From Escherichia coli (GTDB lineage Bacteria > Pseudomonadota > Gammaproteobacteria > Enterobacterales > Enterobacteriaceae): a stretch of 64,000 nucleotides of DNA. The position numbers and the translations under genes are program-made. How positions within the stretch are numbered: position 1 is the stretch's first letter; each line of letters begins with the position of its first letter. The stretch is taken from the NCBI GenBank assembly GCA_005400705.1, contig GCA_005400705.1_4079.1, one strand, 5' to 3'. Shown here piece by piece: positions 42,681-53,035 of the stretch. The notes below the pieces were generated by a model. The model did not search any database, had not been told where the DNA came from, and saw only the letters and a list, made by a program, of their open reading frames with translations.

Positions 42681-43021
42681 GTAGATTTTCAGTTTATATA
42701 GTAAACGTCAGTAAAGATGGTAGTTTAATTGAATTTGATGTAGTTGATAACAATGATAATTCATATGGTATTAAGGTACAGGACAATGATGTACAGTTCA
42801 GTACAAGGACAAATTTTGAGAATCCAGTCCAAGTTCCGAATTTCATAGAAGATGAAGCTGCACGATTCCAATACGAAACGGCCTTTGATAATTTAGCGAT
42901 GCATATTATTATGCAAGAAAGTTTAGTTCAATTGCTTCAGGTATTCAGACAAAATATATATGTACATGAAGTGTCGATTAATGGCATTCAAAGTTCCGTT
43001 TTGTTCGGTACAAATATGTAA
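42677..43021 (+). CDS. Family C protein
   Basis: 114 aa; core EAARFQYETAFD. Confidence 0.6.
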   Translation: MSRFSVYIVNVSKDGSLIEFDVVDNNDNSYGIKVQDNDVQFSTRTNFENPVQVPNFIEDEAARFQYETAFDNLAMHIIMQESLVQLLQVFRQNIYVHEVSINGIQSSVLFGTNM

Positions 43022-43031
43022 GGAAAGTACA

Positions 43032-43586
43032 ATGAGTTCAATGAGTTTATTAGATACATTAGAAAAAGACAGAAGTGCCATTAAGAGATTAAAAAATCTT
43101 GTCCAGAGCATTGCGAACAACGCTGAGAAGTTCAGTGACAATCTTAGTATAGGTGATATAACCAGTACAGGAATAAAATCCCTGAAGTCAGATTTATTAA
43201 TTCATAAGGAAGATAAATTATTATTTGTATTGAGTTCAGATTTAATGGTTGCAAGTAATGGTTTCAATTCGATATCAACACAAGATGGTAGCACAGGATT
43301 ATATCTATCACAGGGTGTCCAGACGAACGAACAGAAGTGTTTTAGTTCAGGAGTACAGAATCCCTTTAAGTTCAGTACAGAACAAGCTACAGAGCTTTTA
43401 GAGGCTTCAGAAGAGATGTTATTTCAGTACAAAACGGTTCATACAGATTTTGAATTACGATGCATGTACGCTGTTAAGCATTATGTTCAGGAGTTCGAGG
43501 ATTTAAGTTATCTTTTAGTTCGAACGAATACAAAGAACATTGGTGCATTAGAAGATTACATTTCAAAAGTTGTTAAAGGTTGTTAA
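43032..43586 (+). CDS. Family C protein
   Basis: Track ORF 42960-43586 trimmed to ATG 43032 after SD aaggaaag; core EEMLFQYKTVHTD. Confidence 0.6.
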   Translation: MSSMSLLDTLEKDRSAIKRLKNLVQSIANNAEKFSDNLSIGDITSTGIKSLKSDLLIHKEDKLLFVLSSDLMVASNGFNSISTQDGSTGLYLSQGVQTNEQKCFSSGVQNPFKFSTEQATELLEASEEMLFQYKTVHTDFELRCMYAVKHYVQEFEDLSYLLVRTNTKNIGALEDYISKVVKGC

Positions 43587-43749
43587 AGGGTGCTGATGAA
43601 AGAGTTATTTGAAGAACAGTTCGATACATATGTGGATAATATTCTTTATTCTAGCCGTGCTAGTCAACGAGGAAATCGTGCTTACAACATAGATTACCTA
43701 TTAACGGTGCTGAGTTCACAGTACACCTACGCTGTACAGAGGACATATT

Positions 43750-43953
43750 ATGAATAATTTTAGAGATGTTGCAAAGGAGAAGTTCAAGTGCAGTTTAGAT
43801 TACGGTTTAAATGATTTTCTTACATGCACAATGTACAGGAATGATGATTATGAGCAATCCGTAATTTCGTTGCACAGATATTTCGAAATAATTTACGCAA
43901 GATATCTTAGAAGGTTAGATGGGATAGGGGATTGGAATTATGATTACGTTTGA
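43750..43953 (+). CDS. Hypothetical small protein
   Basis: 67 aa ORF. Confidence 0.45.
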   Translation: MNNFRDVAKEKFKCSLDYGLNDFLTCTMYRNDDYEQSVISLHRYFEIIYARYLRRLDGIGDWNYDYV

Positions 43954-44164
43954 AGAGCCGGAAGTGGTATATTGCTTTAGTGTGAAAGGTTTTGAATACA
44001 TGATGGATTCGATTTTGAAGGATACATATTTGGTTCAGATTGCAGTTACAGATAATACAGATAATGCATTACAGCGTGTAATGAATATGTACGAGAAGAC
44101 AAGTCGAAGGCTTTGTGCAATGAAAAGGATTGAAGAAATCAAGGTTTCTAGGCTGAATAAATAG
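43940..44164 (+). CDS. Hypothetical small protein
   Basis: 74 aa ORF. Confidence 0.45.
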   Translation: MITFEEPEVVYCFSVKGFEYMMDSILKDTYLVQIAVTDNTDNALQRVMNMYEKTSRRLCAMKRIEEIKVSRLNK

Positions 44165-44364
44165 AGACGTTTCATTTTGACAGGCCGCAGGGGGGTCAAA
44201 AAAATTTCCGCTGAAAAACATGCTAAGGTATATGTTTAATATAAAGTTTTATATTGTGTTTTTCAGAGTACAGTTTATGTTTCCTGAAACAAAAAAAAAA
44301 TACCCCGCCACCGAACGTGCTCCTTATATTGGAGTTTACCTTATTAATTATAGTAGAGATTAAG

Positions 44365-44742
44365 ATGGAAATAAAATATAATGAATTTTGTGCAAGGACA
44401 TGGATGTACACTGGTGAGTTAGTTACGCACTCTAACTTATACAAGGGTGATTTAAACTACGCTAGGGACAAGATTTTAAAGTACTGGAATGCTGACTTTT
44501 ATTTGATGGATTTTAGTACTGGGTTTAGGGGTAAAGCAACCGAGATGTTGGACTATACAGTACTTGATGATGCTGCACTGTTTCAGGAGGCATTAGTATT
44601 TGATAAGAAGTACATCTGTACATTAGAAGAGATGATTGAATTACAGCGTAGAATTAAATGTATTCACAGGGAATGTATAGATATCTGGTGCAGTACTGGT
44701 GAAGTTGATTTTTGTAATCATTTCAATCTAGGGGAAGTGTGA
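44365..44742 (+). CDS. Family C protein
   Basis: Track ORF 44254-44742 trimmed to ATG 44365 (MEIKYNEF); core DAALFQEALVFDKKYICT. Confidence 0.6.
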   Translation: MEIKYNEFCARTWMYTGELVTHSNLYKGDLNYARDKILKYWNADFYLMDFSTGFRGKATEMLDYTVLDDAALFQEALVFDKKYICTLEEMIELQRRIKCIHRECIDIWCSTGEVDFCNHFNLGEV

Positions 44743-45098
44743 TGGAATTTGATTTTTTAATATCAGTACATTCTTTTAAGCACAGTTTTCAGTACTTTTG
44801 TAATTTAAACAAAGGTGATTTAATGCACAGTGCGAATGAGTATATTCATTTTACTGATGGTAAATTCTCATTTATTGATTACAGTTCATTAGATTTTCCA
44901 TACACTGATATGCCGGACTATACATTGATGGATGCTGGTGAACTATTTCAAGCTGCATTAGTATTTGACAAGAAGTACATCTGTACATTTGAAGAAGTAA
45001 TTACTATACAAAATGAAATGAAGGTGTATGCATCGTTGAATAAACCTAATGAATGTATTAATCAAGAATACAAATTCAATATAGGAATTCCAAAATGA
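44739..45098 (+). CDS. Family C protein
   Basis: 119 aa; core GELFQAALVFDKKYICT. Confidence 0.7.
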   Translation: MMEFDFLISVHSFKHSFQYFCNLNKGDLMHSANEYIHFTDGKFSFIDYSSLDFPYTDMPDYTLMDAGELFQAALVFDKKYICTFEEVITIQNEMKVYASLNKPNECINQEYKFNIGIPK

Positions 45099-45454
45099 CA
45101 TATGATTATTCTATGTACTATTATAAGTTACCTAAAGGATGGGACTTGTGCTGTAATCTTATTAAGGGAGACTCGGAACATGAGTTGAGTTTATATATGC
45201 ACTACAAAGATTCTTGTTTTAAATTTATTCATGTATTACATGATGGCTATGACTATGAATCTGAGAGTCTTATAGATTATACAGTACTGGACGATGGTGA
45301 ACTATTTCAGGAAGCATTAGTGTTTGATAAGAATAAGTACTCCTGTACATTTGAAGAAATGGTTTCTTTGCAAAATGAAATGAAGAGATTTGAAAAAGAA
45401 AACGTATTTAATCCATCCCCATCAAGAACGAATAATTATTATTTCAATATATGA
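45095..45454 (+). CDS. Family C protein
   Basis: 119 aa; core GELFQEALVFDKNKYSCT. Confidence 0.7.
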   Translation: MTYDYSMYYYKLPKGWDLCCNLIKGDSEHELSLYMHYKDSCFKFIHVLHDGYDYESESLIDYTVLDDGELFQEALVFDKNKYSCTFEEMVSLQNEMKRFEKENVFNPSPSRTNNYYFNI

Positions 45455-45463
45455 GATTATAAA

Positions 45464-45958
45464 ATGACATTACAGAGTTCATTGGAAAAAGCAAAGAAGA
45501 TTCATGAGTACATGAATATGGCAAAAGAAGGTTCAGTTTACGGTGTTTTCAAAGACACAAGTACTCAATATTATGTGCCGGATAACCTCCTTTATAATGA
45601 CTGCTCAGATACAGAAACGTGCGTACTGGATACAGAAACGTGCATACTAGATACCGACCCTAATGATTATGAATGTTTCATTGATATGCATAATGAGTAC
45701 ATGGTCTATATTAATGATGCAGATATTACCATATACAGTACTGACTGCGATTCCGATGACATTATAATTCCGAGTGAAGTACTAGAAGGTCAGTGGGATA
45801 GTGAAGAGTATTACTTCCAACAAAGTACTGTTTACGATGATGAAGTACTTGAAGTATTAGTTATTATGTGGTACTTTAAAAGTATTGGTTCTGGGAACTT
45901 CTATTTCGATTACAGATACGTAACGAAAACTGTAGATAACGGTATTAACAGGGGTTGA
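45464..45958 (+). CDS. Family C protein
   Basis: 164 aa; core EEYYFQQSTVYDDEVLEVLVIMWYFK. Confidence 0.7.
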   Translation: MTLQSSLEKAKKIHEYMNMAKEGSVYGVFKDTSTQYYVPDNLLYNDCSDTETCVLDTETCILDTDPNDYECFIDMHNEYMVYINDADITIYSTDCDSDDIIIPSEVLEGQWDSEEYYFQQSTVYDDEVLEVLVIMWYFKSIGSGNFYFDYRYVTKTVDNGINRG

Positions 45959-45959
45959 A

Positions 45960-46430
45960 ATGAGTTTAGAAAGAGCATTAGAGATTGCGAAGTTAATTGA
46001 TTTATGCAGCAAAGAAATTGTATCAAATTGTCTCAATGGATATCTATTCAAGGAAGGTAAATCATATTGTCGAATGATATACGATGACAGTAGTGAATAT
46101 ATCCATATGTATGAAGAAAACTTAGATGATTCTGACATAGTACTCACAGGATGTGATGTTAATTTGGAAGATAATTACATGTACTTCTGCCGTGATGCTG
46201 ATATTTTAATCCAAGATTCATTAATTCAAACAGGTGCACCAGAGGTATATCTTCCGTATTCAGTACTGGATAATAACTGGGGTAGTGAAGATTACTATTT
46301 CCAGCAGAGTACTATATATAATGAAGATATACTTGACAAACTTGTTATTTCTTGGTACTTTCATAACACGGATTATAGTAGCTTCTACATAGACTTGGAT
46401 CTACTAAGAGTACTTAAAGAGGATATATGA
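45960..46430 (+). CDS. Family C protein
   Basis: 156 aa; core EDYYFQQSTIYNEDILDKLVISWYF. Confidence 0.7.
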   Translation: MSLERALEIAKLIDLCSKEIVSNCLNGYLFKEGKSYCRMIYDDSSEYIHMYEENLDDSDIVLTGCDVNLEDNYMYFCRDADILIQDSLIQTGAPEVYLPYSVLDNNWGSEDYYFQQSTIYNEDILDKLVISWYFHNTDYSSFYIDLDLLRVLKEDI

Positions 46431-46867
46431 GTTTAGAAAAAGCACTAGAACTAGCCAACAAAATACATCAGTACCATGATAAAATAAAAAGTGGGTTCTA
46501 TGCTGATAAAGTACATGCATATGGGAATGAATATTACCTCACTGGAGTAAAGAGATACTCTAATGATATTTTACTTATGGGTCATGATAAAGACAATAAT
46601 ATACAGTACTCTTCATGTAGTCAATATACTAGTTTTATGGTATATATTCCTGGTACTAAGATTACTTTTGACACATCAAATACACCTGTTGACTTCGGAG
46701 TACTTGATGGCCCGTGGGGTACTGAAGAGTATTACTTCCAACAGAGTCTCATTTTTAACCAAGAAATGCTTGATTCCTTGGTTGTGTTGTGGTACTTTAA
46801 GGAATTGAATTTTGAACCATTCTTTCTTGACTGGGGATCATGTGAGTATTTAATTTCAGGGGAATAA
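46427..46867 (+). CDS. Family C protein
   Basis: 146 aa; core EEYYFQQSLIFNQEMLDSLVVLWYFK. Confidence 0.7.
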   Translation: MSLEKALELANKIHQYHDKIKSGFYADKVHAYGNEYYLTGVKRYSNDILLMGHDKDNNIQYSSCSQYTSFMVYIPGTKITFDTSNTPVDFGVLDGPWGTEEYYFQQSLIFNQEMLDSLVVLWYFKELNFEPFFLDWGSCEYLISGE

Positions 46868-46869
46868 TA

Positions 46870-47358
46870 ATGTCATTACAAAGTGCATTGAAAGAAGCAA
46901 AGAAAATTCATGAGTACATGATTATGGTACAGGAAGGTTCAGTACCAGGTGTATACAAAACATCAGATACGGAATTCTTCGTTAAGGATAGAGATGATTA
47001 TGACGAATCAGAGGTATGTGCAGAAACATTAGTACTGCACACTGATACTGGTGACAGTGATAACTGTGAATATCATATGTACAACCAGTACATTAGTTAT
47101 TGCCGTAATGAAGATATTACCATCTACAACACAGATAGTGATGCTGATGACACTATCATTCCTTATTCAGTACTGGAAGGTCAGTGGGATAGTGAAGAAT
47201 ATTACTTCCAGAATAGTACTATCTACAATGAAGAAGAACTGGATGTTATTGTGATTATGTGGTATTTCAAAAGTATTGACTCCAGTAGTTTCTATTTTGA
47301 TTATGAATATGTAGAGAATACAGTAGGAGAAGGTAATGTCATTACAAAGTGCTCTTGA
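46870..47358 (+). CDS. Family C protein
   Basis: 162 aa; core EEYYFQNSTIYNEEELDVIVIMWYFK. Confidence 0.7.
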   Translation: MSLQSALKEAKKIHEYMIMVQEGSVPGVYKTSDTEFFVKDRDDYDESEVCAETLVLHTDTGDSDNCEYHMYNQYISYCRNEDITIYNTDSDADDTIIPYSVLEGQWDSEEYYFQNSTIYNEEELDVIVIMWYFKSIDSSSFYFDYEYVENTVGEGNVITKCS

Positions 47359-47788
47359 AAAAGCAAAAGAACTACATGGATACTTTGAAGATATAAAGGC
47401 CGGAAAGTTCAAAGAAGTGTACAAAGCCGAGAACGGTAACTACTACAAAGATGAAATGTATAATAACTCCGTTAGTGTAAGGGTTATTCTTGGGTTGAAT
47501 TCCAATAGTCCTATATCGTTTTCTGAATACAATAGAGATGCAGAATTTATTAGTTATGTTGAAAATGGTAGCATTCGTTTTATTAATAGACAAAAACCAT
47601 TAATTTTGAATTATGAAGTACTGAATGGTCCGTGGAATAGTGAAGAGTATTACTTCCAAAACAGTACTGTATATGATGATGAAGTACTTGAAGCATTAGT
47701 TATTATGTGGTACTTCAAGAGTGTTAGCTGTCCTCGATTTTATTTGGATTTCGAAGATCTTCGTAAAGATCCAGAAGGTATAGAATGA
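47336..47788 (+). CDS. Family C protein
   Basis: 150 aa; core EEYYFQNSTVYDDEVLEALVIMWYFK. Confidence 0.7.
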   Translation: MSLQSALEKAKELHGYFEDIKAGKFKEVYKAENGNYYKDEMYNNSVSVRVILGLNSNSPISFSEYNRDAEFISYVENGSIRFINRQKPLILNYEVLNGPWNSEEYYFQNSTVYDDEVLEALVIMWYFKSVSCPRFYLDFEDLRKDPEGIE

Positions 47789-48099
47789 AAAACTTATTCA
47801 GTGTTCAGTACGTTCCTGGTGAAATTGGTTTATTGTATCTATTTGACCATGATAATTCATTATTACTAGTAGTGAAGAAATGCCAAGCTAGTTCGTTTGT
47901 TGAATACATTCACGATAGTGAATACATTCCTGATTTCCTAGAGTGTGATTATCACGATGAACATGAATCATTTATTTTTCAGGAATCACTCGTTTGGAAT
48001 AAGTCTATTAACTTCTTTACGTTAATTGAATTACAAAAGCAGGTGAAGTATCATTGGGATTACTTAATTACACAGGATTACATTGAGATAGAAATATAA
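47785..48099 (+). CDS. Family C protein
   Basis: 104 aa; core ESFIFQESLVWN. Confidence 0.65.
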   Translation: MKNLFSVQYVPGEIGLLYLFDHDNSLLLVVKKCQASSFVEYIHDSEYIPDFLECDYHDEHESFIFQESLVWNKSINFFTLIELQKQVKYHWDYLITQDYIEIEI

Positions 48100-48407
48100 T
48101 GACTAAAAATGAATTTGATTCACTTTGTACGGTTTATAATTCATTGACAGAAATACCTGACTTTATTAATTACATTTCAGCTTTAAATCAAATTATGCAT
48201 AGTTTTGAACAATCGTTTGAAGAGAAATATGCAGGTAGAAAAGTTCTATGTCATATGTCAATGTACTTGGGAGATGGTGAGCCTTACACTACCAGTACTA
48301 CATGTGAAATAAAAAAATATAATATATTATTGGGGACAATAGAATTCAAGGTATCCAATGGTGGTAGTTATATGTACTTTAGAGATGGAGTGGTTGAATT
48401 ATTATGA
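48099..48407 (+). CDS. Hypothetical protein
   Basis: 102 aa ORF without family core. Confidence 0.5.
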   Translation: MTKNEFDSLCTVYNSLTEIPDFINYISALNQIMHSFEQSFEEKYAGRKVLCHMSMYLGDGEPYTTSTTCEIKKYNILLGTIEFKVSNGGSYMYFRDGVVELL

Positions 48408-48853
48408 GTTACGAAAGTGCAATCAAGAAAGCAAATGATATTCTAAAAGTTGTTAAGTTCTTCAAAGAAAATCCTGAATACTTAGCTGATGAAAACCATG
48501 ATCACGATGAGAGATTGAGACGAAAAATTGTTTCTTTATTTGACACTAATGCAGATAATTATAGTCTAATTGAGTTAGCATACGATTATATTTCATTGAA
48601 CCGAAACGGAAATTTAGTTAATATAGAAAGACATGAGAGTGAAGAATCTTTTAAAATTTCAGACATTTTATCCCTGAGTACTGAAGAAGGGTACTTCCAG
48701 GGTAGTACTGTTTATGAACAAGGAACACTTGACAATCTATGCACATTCAGTGTAATATATCAGAAATCAGTACTGGATGTATTTTATCTTGACACTGCTG
48801 AACTGGATACACTAACCAATTTTGTTACTACTGAAGAGGCCACATTCGAGTGA
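48404..48853 (+). CDS. Family C protein
   Basis: 149 aa; core EEGYFQGSTVYE. Confidence 0.65.
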   Translation: MSYESAIKKANDILKVVKFFKENPEYLADENHDHDERLRRKIVSLFDTNADNYSLIELAYDYISLNRNGNLVNIERHESEESFKISDILSLSTEEGYFQGSTVYEQGTLDNLCTFSVIYQKSVLDVFYLDTAELDTLTNFVTTEEATFE

Positions 48854-49386
48854 TGAAAGTTAACATCAATGACTTTGATGCATTACAAGATTTATCAAAA
48901 AAGATTCGTATCATCGTACCAGTACTAAAAAAATGCAGTACTGGTTTAATTGATCCTAGTACTGTTGTTAATGAGAAGTACAATTTTCATCGTGTATTAC
49001 AGGGTACAGGTGCATTTCAGAAGTGTGATGTACGTGAGAAACACGTAATTGATACATCATTGTTTTCTATTGGTGCACCTGTGTCGAATAATTCTATTTT
49101 CTTGGATAACGCAGGAAATATTCAACAATTAACATTTAAGAAAAGGAAAAAGAACAATAACATTGGTGTGTACGCGATGAAGTGGGGGCAACCTGATTTG
49201 AAGCGTGAAATTCACATCCCTAAGTACAATTACAATGCATTTGACGAACAGTGTTTTCAACTATCGTGTACTGACCCTGACTATGCAATCATTCAGTTCT
49301 ATATGGAATTGCAGATAGCATTTAATAGTAATTTGTATATTAACTTATTGGCGATGAACATCGATGAAGTATTCAAAAACATTTAA
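48850..49386 (+). CDS. Family C-like protein
   Basis: 178 aa; core DEQCFQLSCTD. Confidence 0.55.
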   Translation: MMKVNINDFDALQDLSKKIRIIVPVLKKCSTGLIDPSTVVNEKYNFHRVLQGTGAFQKCDVREKHVIDTSLFSIGAPVSNNSIFLDNAGNIQQLTFKKRKKNNNIGVYAMKWGQPDLKREIHIPKYNYNAFDEQCFQLSCTDPDYAIIQFYMELQIAFNSNLYINLLAMNIDEVFKNI

Positions 49387-49582
49387 TCGAATTGAATACA
49401 TGAGAACTGTGAGTGCAGTGTGGGATATATGGTTCACTACTAAACCAAAAATGGATTACCATGACTTTAAGCTATTGTTCTTCATTGGCTCTAACAAACA
49501 GGATGTTGCAATGAAGGGTTATATTCAGCACTTACAGGAACTAATACAGAAGAGGGTTAATGAAAATAATAGACCAAGATGA
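49364..49582 (+). CDS. Family B small protein (embedded in family C array)
   Basis: 72 aa; core IGSNKQDVAM. Confidence 0.55.
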   Translation: MKYSKTFNRIEYMRTVSAVWDIWFTTKPKMDYHDFKLLFFIGSNKQDVAMKGYIQHLQELIQKRVNENNRPR

Positions 49583-49751
49583 TATTGCTAAACTATTCAA
49601 TATATATTCTACTAGAATGATGCAAACAGACTCATATAGTACTGAATTCAAAGAGTTGAAAGTACTGATGTACTTGGGAACCCAATATCAGGAACAAGTT
49701 ATTTTGGAATATATTAATTCGTTGAAGAAGGATATCCGTTATGTACGATGA
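49560..49751 (+). CDS. Family B small protein (embedded in family C array)
   Basis: 63 aa; core LGTQYQEQVI. Confidence 0.6.
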   Translation: MKIIDQDDIAKLFNIYSTRMMQTDSYSTEFKELKVLMYLGTQYQEQVILEYINSLKKDIRYVR

Positions 49752-50301
49752 TTTAGATCTTGCGTTTGAACGTATGGTAATTTTAATGCAATGTGCAGAA
49801 ATGCATGAAACAATCCGTCGCACCAAAGGGATTGAATATACAAGTAAACTATTCTCATACGAAAGTCGTCGAGGGATGGATCATTTTTACTGCACTGATT
49901 GTTCAAAGTTTTCAGTACTGAAATATTATCATCCTACTGTTTCCAATAATAGTTTAATATCCACATATGATGGTGATCTGTTTAGTGTAATGTATGACAC
50001 ATTACATCCATCAATTTCAATCTATAAAGATTGCGATAGTAGTTTATCGTATATAATTGAAGATTACTTATCTCCTAATACTGAAGAGAATATTTTTCAG
50101 AACAGTGTGTTGCATGATGAATTAAGTATAAAATGCATCTATATGTTCAATAAGTTAAAAGAGTACGCCGATAATAATTACTTCATTGATGATTTAGCGG
50201 TATTGTCTGTTTCCGTTTTTAATACAAATGATATTGATATGAAATACTATAATGAGATTTGTAAAGTACATCATATGTATAAGGAACTATTATGTCAATA
50301 A
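49741..50301 (+). CDS. Family C protein
   Basis: 186 aa; core EENIFQNSVLHD. Confidence 0.65.
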   Translation: MYDDLDLAFERMVILMQCAEMHETIRRTKGIEYTSKLFSYESRRGMDHFYCTDCSKFSVLKYYHPTVSNNSLISTYDGDLFSVMYDTLHPSISIYKDCDSSLSYIIEDYLSPNTEENIFQNSVLHDELSIKCIYMFNKLKEYADNNYFIDDLAVLSVSVFNTNDIDMKYYNEICKVHHMYKELLCQ

Positions 50302-50894
50302 ATGCAAATAAATGTTGTAGTGCAAATGTGCATTTGTTTTTTAAGAAATTAGCAAATGATATTATATATATGCAGGAAATGATTTATCACAAACGAGCGG
50401 ATTTAGAAAAAGCATTAGTACAGTTCTCATTTATGCTTGATGGTGATATATTTCTAGAGAGTGATGCATTGCGAATAGTATTAGACAAAAATGCTAAAAG
50501 ATTTTTATTTCATATAGATAATAAATTATGTTCCTCCGTATGTCGTACTTTTTATAATCGTGATTCGGACTTATATCAATTCCTTTATTCCAAAGGTGCA
50601 GTAGAAGCATCATATGGTGATGGTTATGCCCTAGGAAAGAGTATTCCATTTATGAAATCATTTAAAATAGAACACATCAGTACTGATGAAGATGCAATGT
50701 TCACAAATGATATAACTATGGGACGTGAAGATGCAATGCGATATATTACAAATTCTATGCATACATTCTTTCAACGAACAGAATTTGATAATGTATATAT
50801 ATCAAATGTAAATATTTTCAATGACCTGTGTCAGTACTTGAGAAGTGTTTGTGACTTCGATGAAAGTTATTGTAAGCTATACACTGAGGTATAA
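50292..50894 (+). CDS. Hypothetical protein (degenerate family C core)
   Basis: 200 aa; DEDAMFTNDITMG at the expected position. Confidence 0.5.
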   Translation: MSINANKCCSANVHLFFKKLANDIIYMQEMIYHKRADLEKALVQFSFMLDGDIFLESDALRIVLDKNAKRFLFHIDNKLCSSVCRTFYNRDSDLYQFLYSKGAVEASYGDGYALGKSIPFMKSFKIEHISTDEDAMFTNDITMGREDAMRYITNSMHTFFQRTEFDNVYISNVNIFNDLCQYLRSVCDFDESYCKLYTEV

Positions 50895-50899
50895 AACAA

Positions 50900-51262
50900 A
50901 TGAACACATTAAGTATTACATACTATACAACTAAAAAATTAGTTACTTGTTTAATATCTTTGAAGACAAACCATGATGATATGTTTGATATGGCTGCATA
51001 TGAATTAGAATTATCAGAAGATGGCTTCAAGAGCTATGAATTATATAGCTATGTCCGTGAAGATGTAATTGACACTACACTAATGCAAGAGGATGAGTTA
51101 TTCCAAGAAAGTTTAGTATGGGATAATAAGTACGATTGTAACTTTGATTTCTTATGTTTAATCCAGAAAGAAATGAAAAGAATCTTTGATAATTATCCAA
51201 TCAAACGTTTCAGTACTGCACCTGAGCAATATAAAAGGATTATATTCACCTATGAAGATTGA
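50900..51262 (+). CDS. Family C protein
   Basis: 120 aa; core DELFQESLVWDNKYDCNF. Confidence 0.65.
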   Translation: MNTLSITYYTTKKLVTCLISLKTNHDDMFDMAAYELELSEDGFKSYELYSYVREDVIDTTLMQEDELFQESLVWDNKYDCNFDFLCLIQKEMKRIFDNYPIKRFSTAPEQYKRIIFTYED

Positions 51263-51629
51263 ATTTGAAGTTATTACATATAGTATAGGTGATGGTATCC
51301 GTTGCTATGTACAAGCAAGGCATATGGTTCCTGATGATAAACTGTCACCCAAAAGCTTCTGTATCACACAAGATCTCTTAGATATCAACGGAGAGTACAA
51401 GTACATATATTATCTTACTAAGGGTTATTGTAGTACACGTGGTTTTAATATTGTAGCTGTTTCTAGAGATGAAATTGATGATTTAACTGAGTACGGGGAA
51501 GAAGAGATGTTCCAGTACAGTACTGTTTTTAATGAACTGGATGTGTTTCTGTTACGAAAAATACAACACATTATGCAAAAATGTTTGCATCATAAGAGAG
51601 GTATTGTATGCGACGTGAATCTGAATTAG
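51252..51629 (+). CDS. Family C protein
   Basis: Track ORF 51186-51629 trimmed to ATG 51252 (MKIEFEV); core EEMFQYSTVFNE. Confidence 0.6.
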   Translation: MKIEFEVITYSIGDGIRCYVQARHMVPDDKLSPKSFCITQDLLDINGEYKYIYYLTKGYCSTRGFNIVAVSRDEIDDLTEYGEEEMFQYSTVFNELDVFLLRKIQHIMQKCLHHKRGIVCDVNLN

Positions 51630-51949
51630 TTAAAGTAATGTACGCTACTCATATTAAACTACTACTTGTTAAATTTGATTATAATAAAAAACATAATGAT
51701 TTCTATACTTTAATTCGTGATGAAAATACATTCTCCTTGCGATGCAACAATATACCCTTGAAGATAAATGATTTTACTTCACTTGACGAGGGGGAATTAT
51801 TTCAAGAATCATTAGTTTTTAATAGTAATATAAAAATTGATATAGAAGTTATTAAAAAATACCAGATTCTATTGAACAAAATTATGAATTGTTATCCATG
51901 TGAAATAGGTGGTCATATGCAGTTCAAATCAAAAATGTATGAATTATGA
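51608..51949 (+). CDS. Family C protein
   Basis: 113 aa; core GELFQESLVFNS. Confidence 0.65.
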   Translation: MRRESELVKVMYATHIKLLLVKFDYNKKHNDFYTLIRDENTFSLRCNNIPLKINDFTSLDEGELFQESLVFNSNIKIDIEVIKKYQILLNKIMNCYPCEIGGHMQFKSKMYEL

Positions 51950-52493
51950 GGTTTATATGTTAGATAAAAAAATGAACTCTGGAACCCAATATAATCATCT
52001 TAAGTTGGATACATTCGAATCAGCTATCAGTACAGCACAAGATATAATTGATATTATCAAGTTCATTAAAGAAGATAAGTTCAAATGTTTGAAAATACTA
52101 AATCGTTCAATGTACCGTGATAAAAATATTCATGTATCAGTACGTAGACCGAAAGATCAAGAAAGTGGGAGAGATTTCTATAACAACAGTGAGCAGTTCG
52201 AATGTGAATATGATCCAGAATTTAGAGGTGGTTTCATGTGTTACTGTATGAAGGATACCTCACACATTGAGATACGTTCATCGAAAGGTGGCATACGTAC
52301 ATTAGAGTTTATTGATATAGTTTTAAATCAGGAATACTACTTTCAACTATCATTATTGTTTCCTGCATACGATTTAGGAGTTCTATTCATGTATAAGTAC
52401 TTTTATGAGCACTGGAATGAAGACTTCTATCTGGACTTAGAAGATTACCAATTAGTTTGGAAAGAAATGGTAAAACTTCGCAACCCATCTTGA
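51909..52493 (+). CDS. Family C protein
   Basis: 194 aa; core QEYYFQLSLLFP. Confidence 0.6.
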   Translation: MVICSSNQKCMNYEVYMLDKKMNSGTQYNHLKLDTFESAISTAQDIIDIIKFIKEDKFKCLKILNRSMYRDKNIHVSVRRPKDQESGRDFYNNSEQFECEYDPEFRGGFMCYCMKDTSHIEIRSSKGGIRTLEFIDIVLNQEYYFQLSLLFPAYDLGVLFMYKYFYEHWNEDFYLDLEDYQLVWKEMVKLRNPS

Positions 52494-52519
52494 CACCCTC
52501 CGATTCTTTGTGATATAAT
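52490..52519 (+). promoter_or_regulatory. Internal sigma70-like promoter within an inverted repeat
   Basis: TTGACA 52490-52495, 18 nt, TATAAT 52514-52519; tgtgatataa (52508-52517) pairs with ttatatcaca (52541-52550). Confidence 0.45.
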
Positions 52520-52552
52520 CTCTTTATATTAATTGTAAAGGGTTATATCACA

Positions 52553-53035
52553 ATGTCCAAAGACCTATCATTTAGCAATGCACAAAAAATCGCACAAAAT
52601 ATCATTAAACTTCATAAGTTCCTTTTAACAGTTAAAGAGAATATAATTCTCCCACGATGCACACTTTATGCGTACAAAAATTATTTGTCAATGAATAGCA
52701 ATTTGTTGCATACTACAGATGAGAATTTCTGTGGTATTCGTGTACTTGACGATGCACCAACAGGGGATTTTATCTCATATTGTTTCCATACATCTGATAG
52801 TTTTAAGTACTATCATCCTAGATTTAATGATGATGAATATGAATATGACACATTTAATGTTAGATCAGAAGAAGAATTCTTCCAGTACAGTACTTTGTAC
52901 AATGAGAGAATCGTGTTTAGTTCTACAATTTTTACAGTACTTAAAGATGAACTCAATGACGCAGATGATAGATTCTATATGGATTTAAACTTCGTAGATG
53001 AAATCATTGAGTACATGGAGAAAAATGGTCTATGA
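52553..53035 (+). CDS. Family C protein
   Basis: 160 aa; core EEEFFQYSTLYNE. Confidence 0.65.
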   Translation: MSKDLSFSNAQKIAQNIIKLHKFLLTVKENIILPRCTLYAYKNYLSMNSNLLHTTDENFCGIRVLDDAPTGDFISYCFHTSDSFKYYHPRFNDDEYEYDTFNVRSEEEFFQYSTLYNERIVFSSTIFTVLKDELNDADDRFYMDLNFVDEIIEYMEKNGL

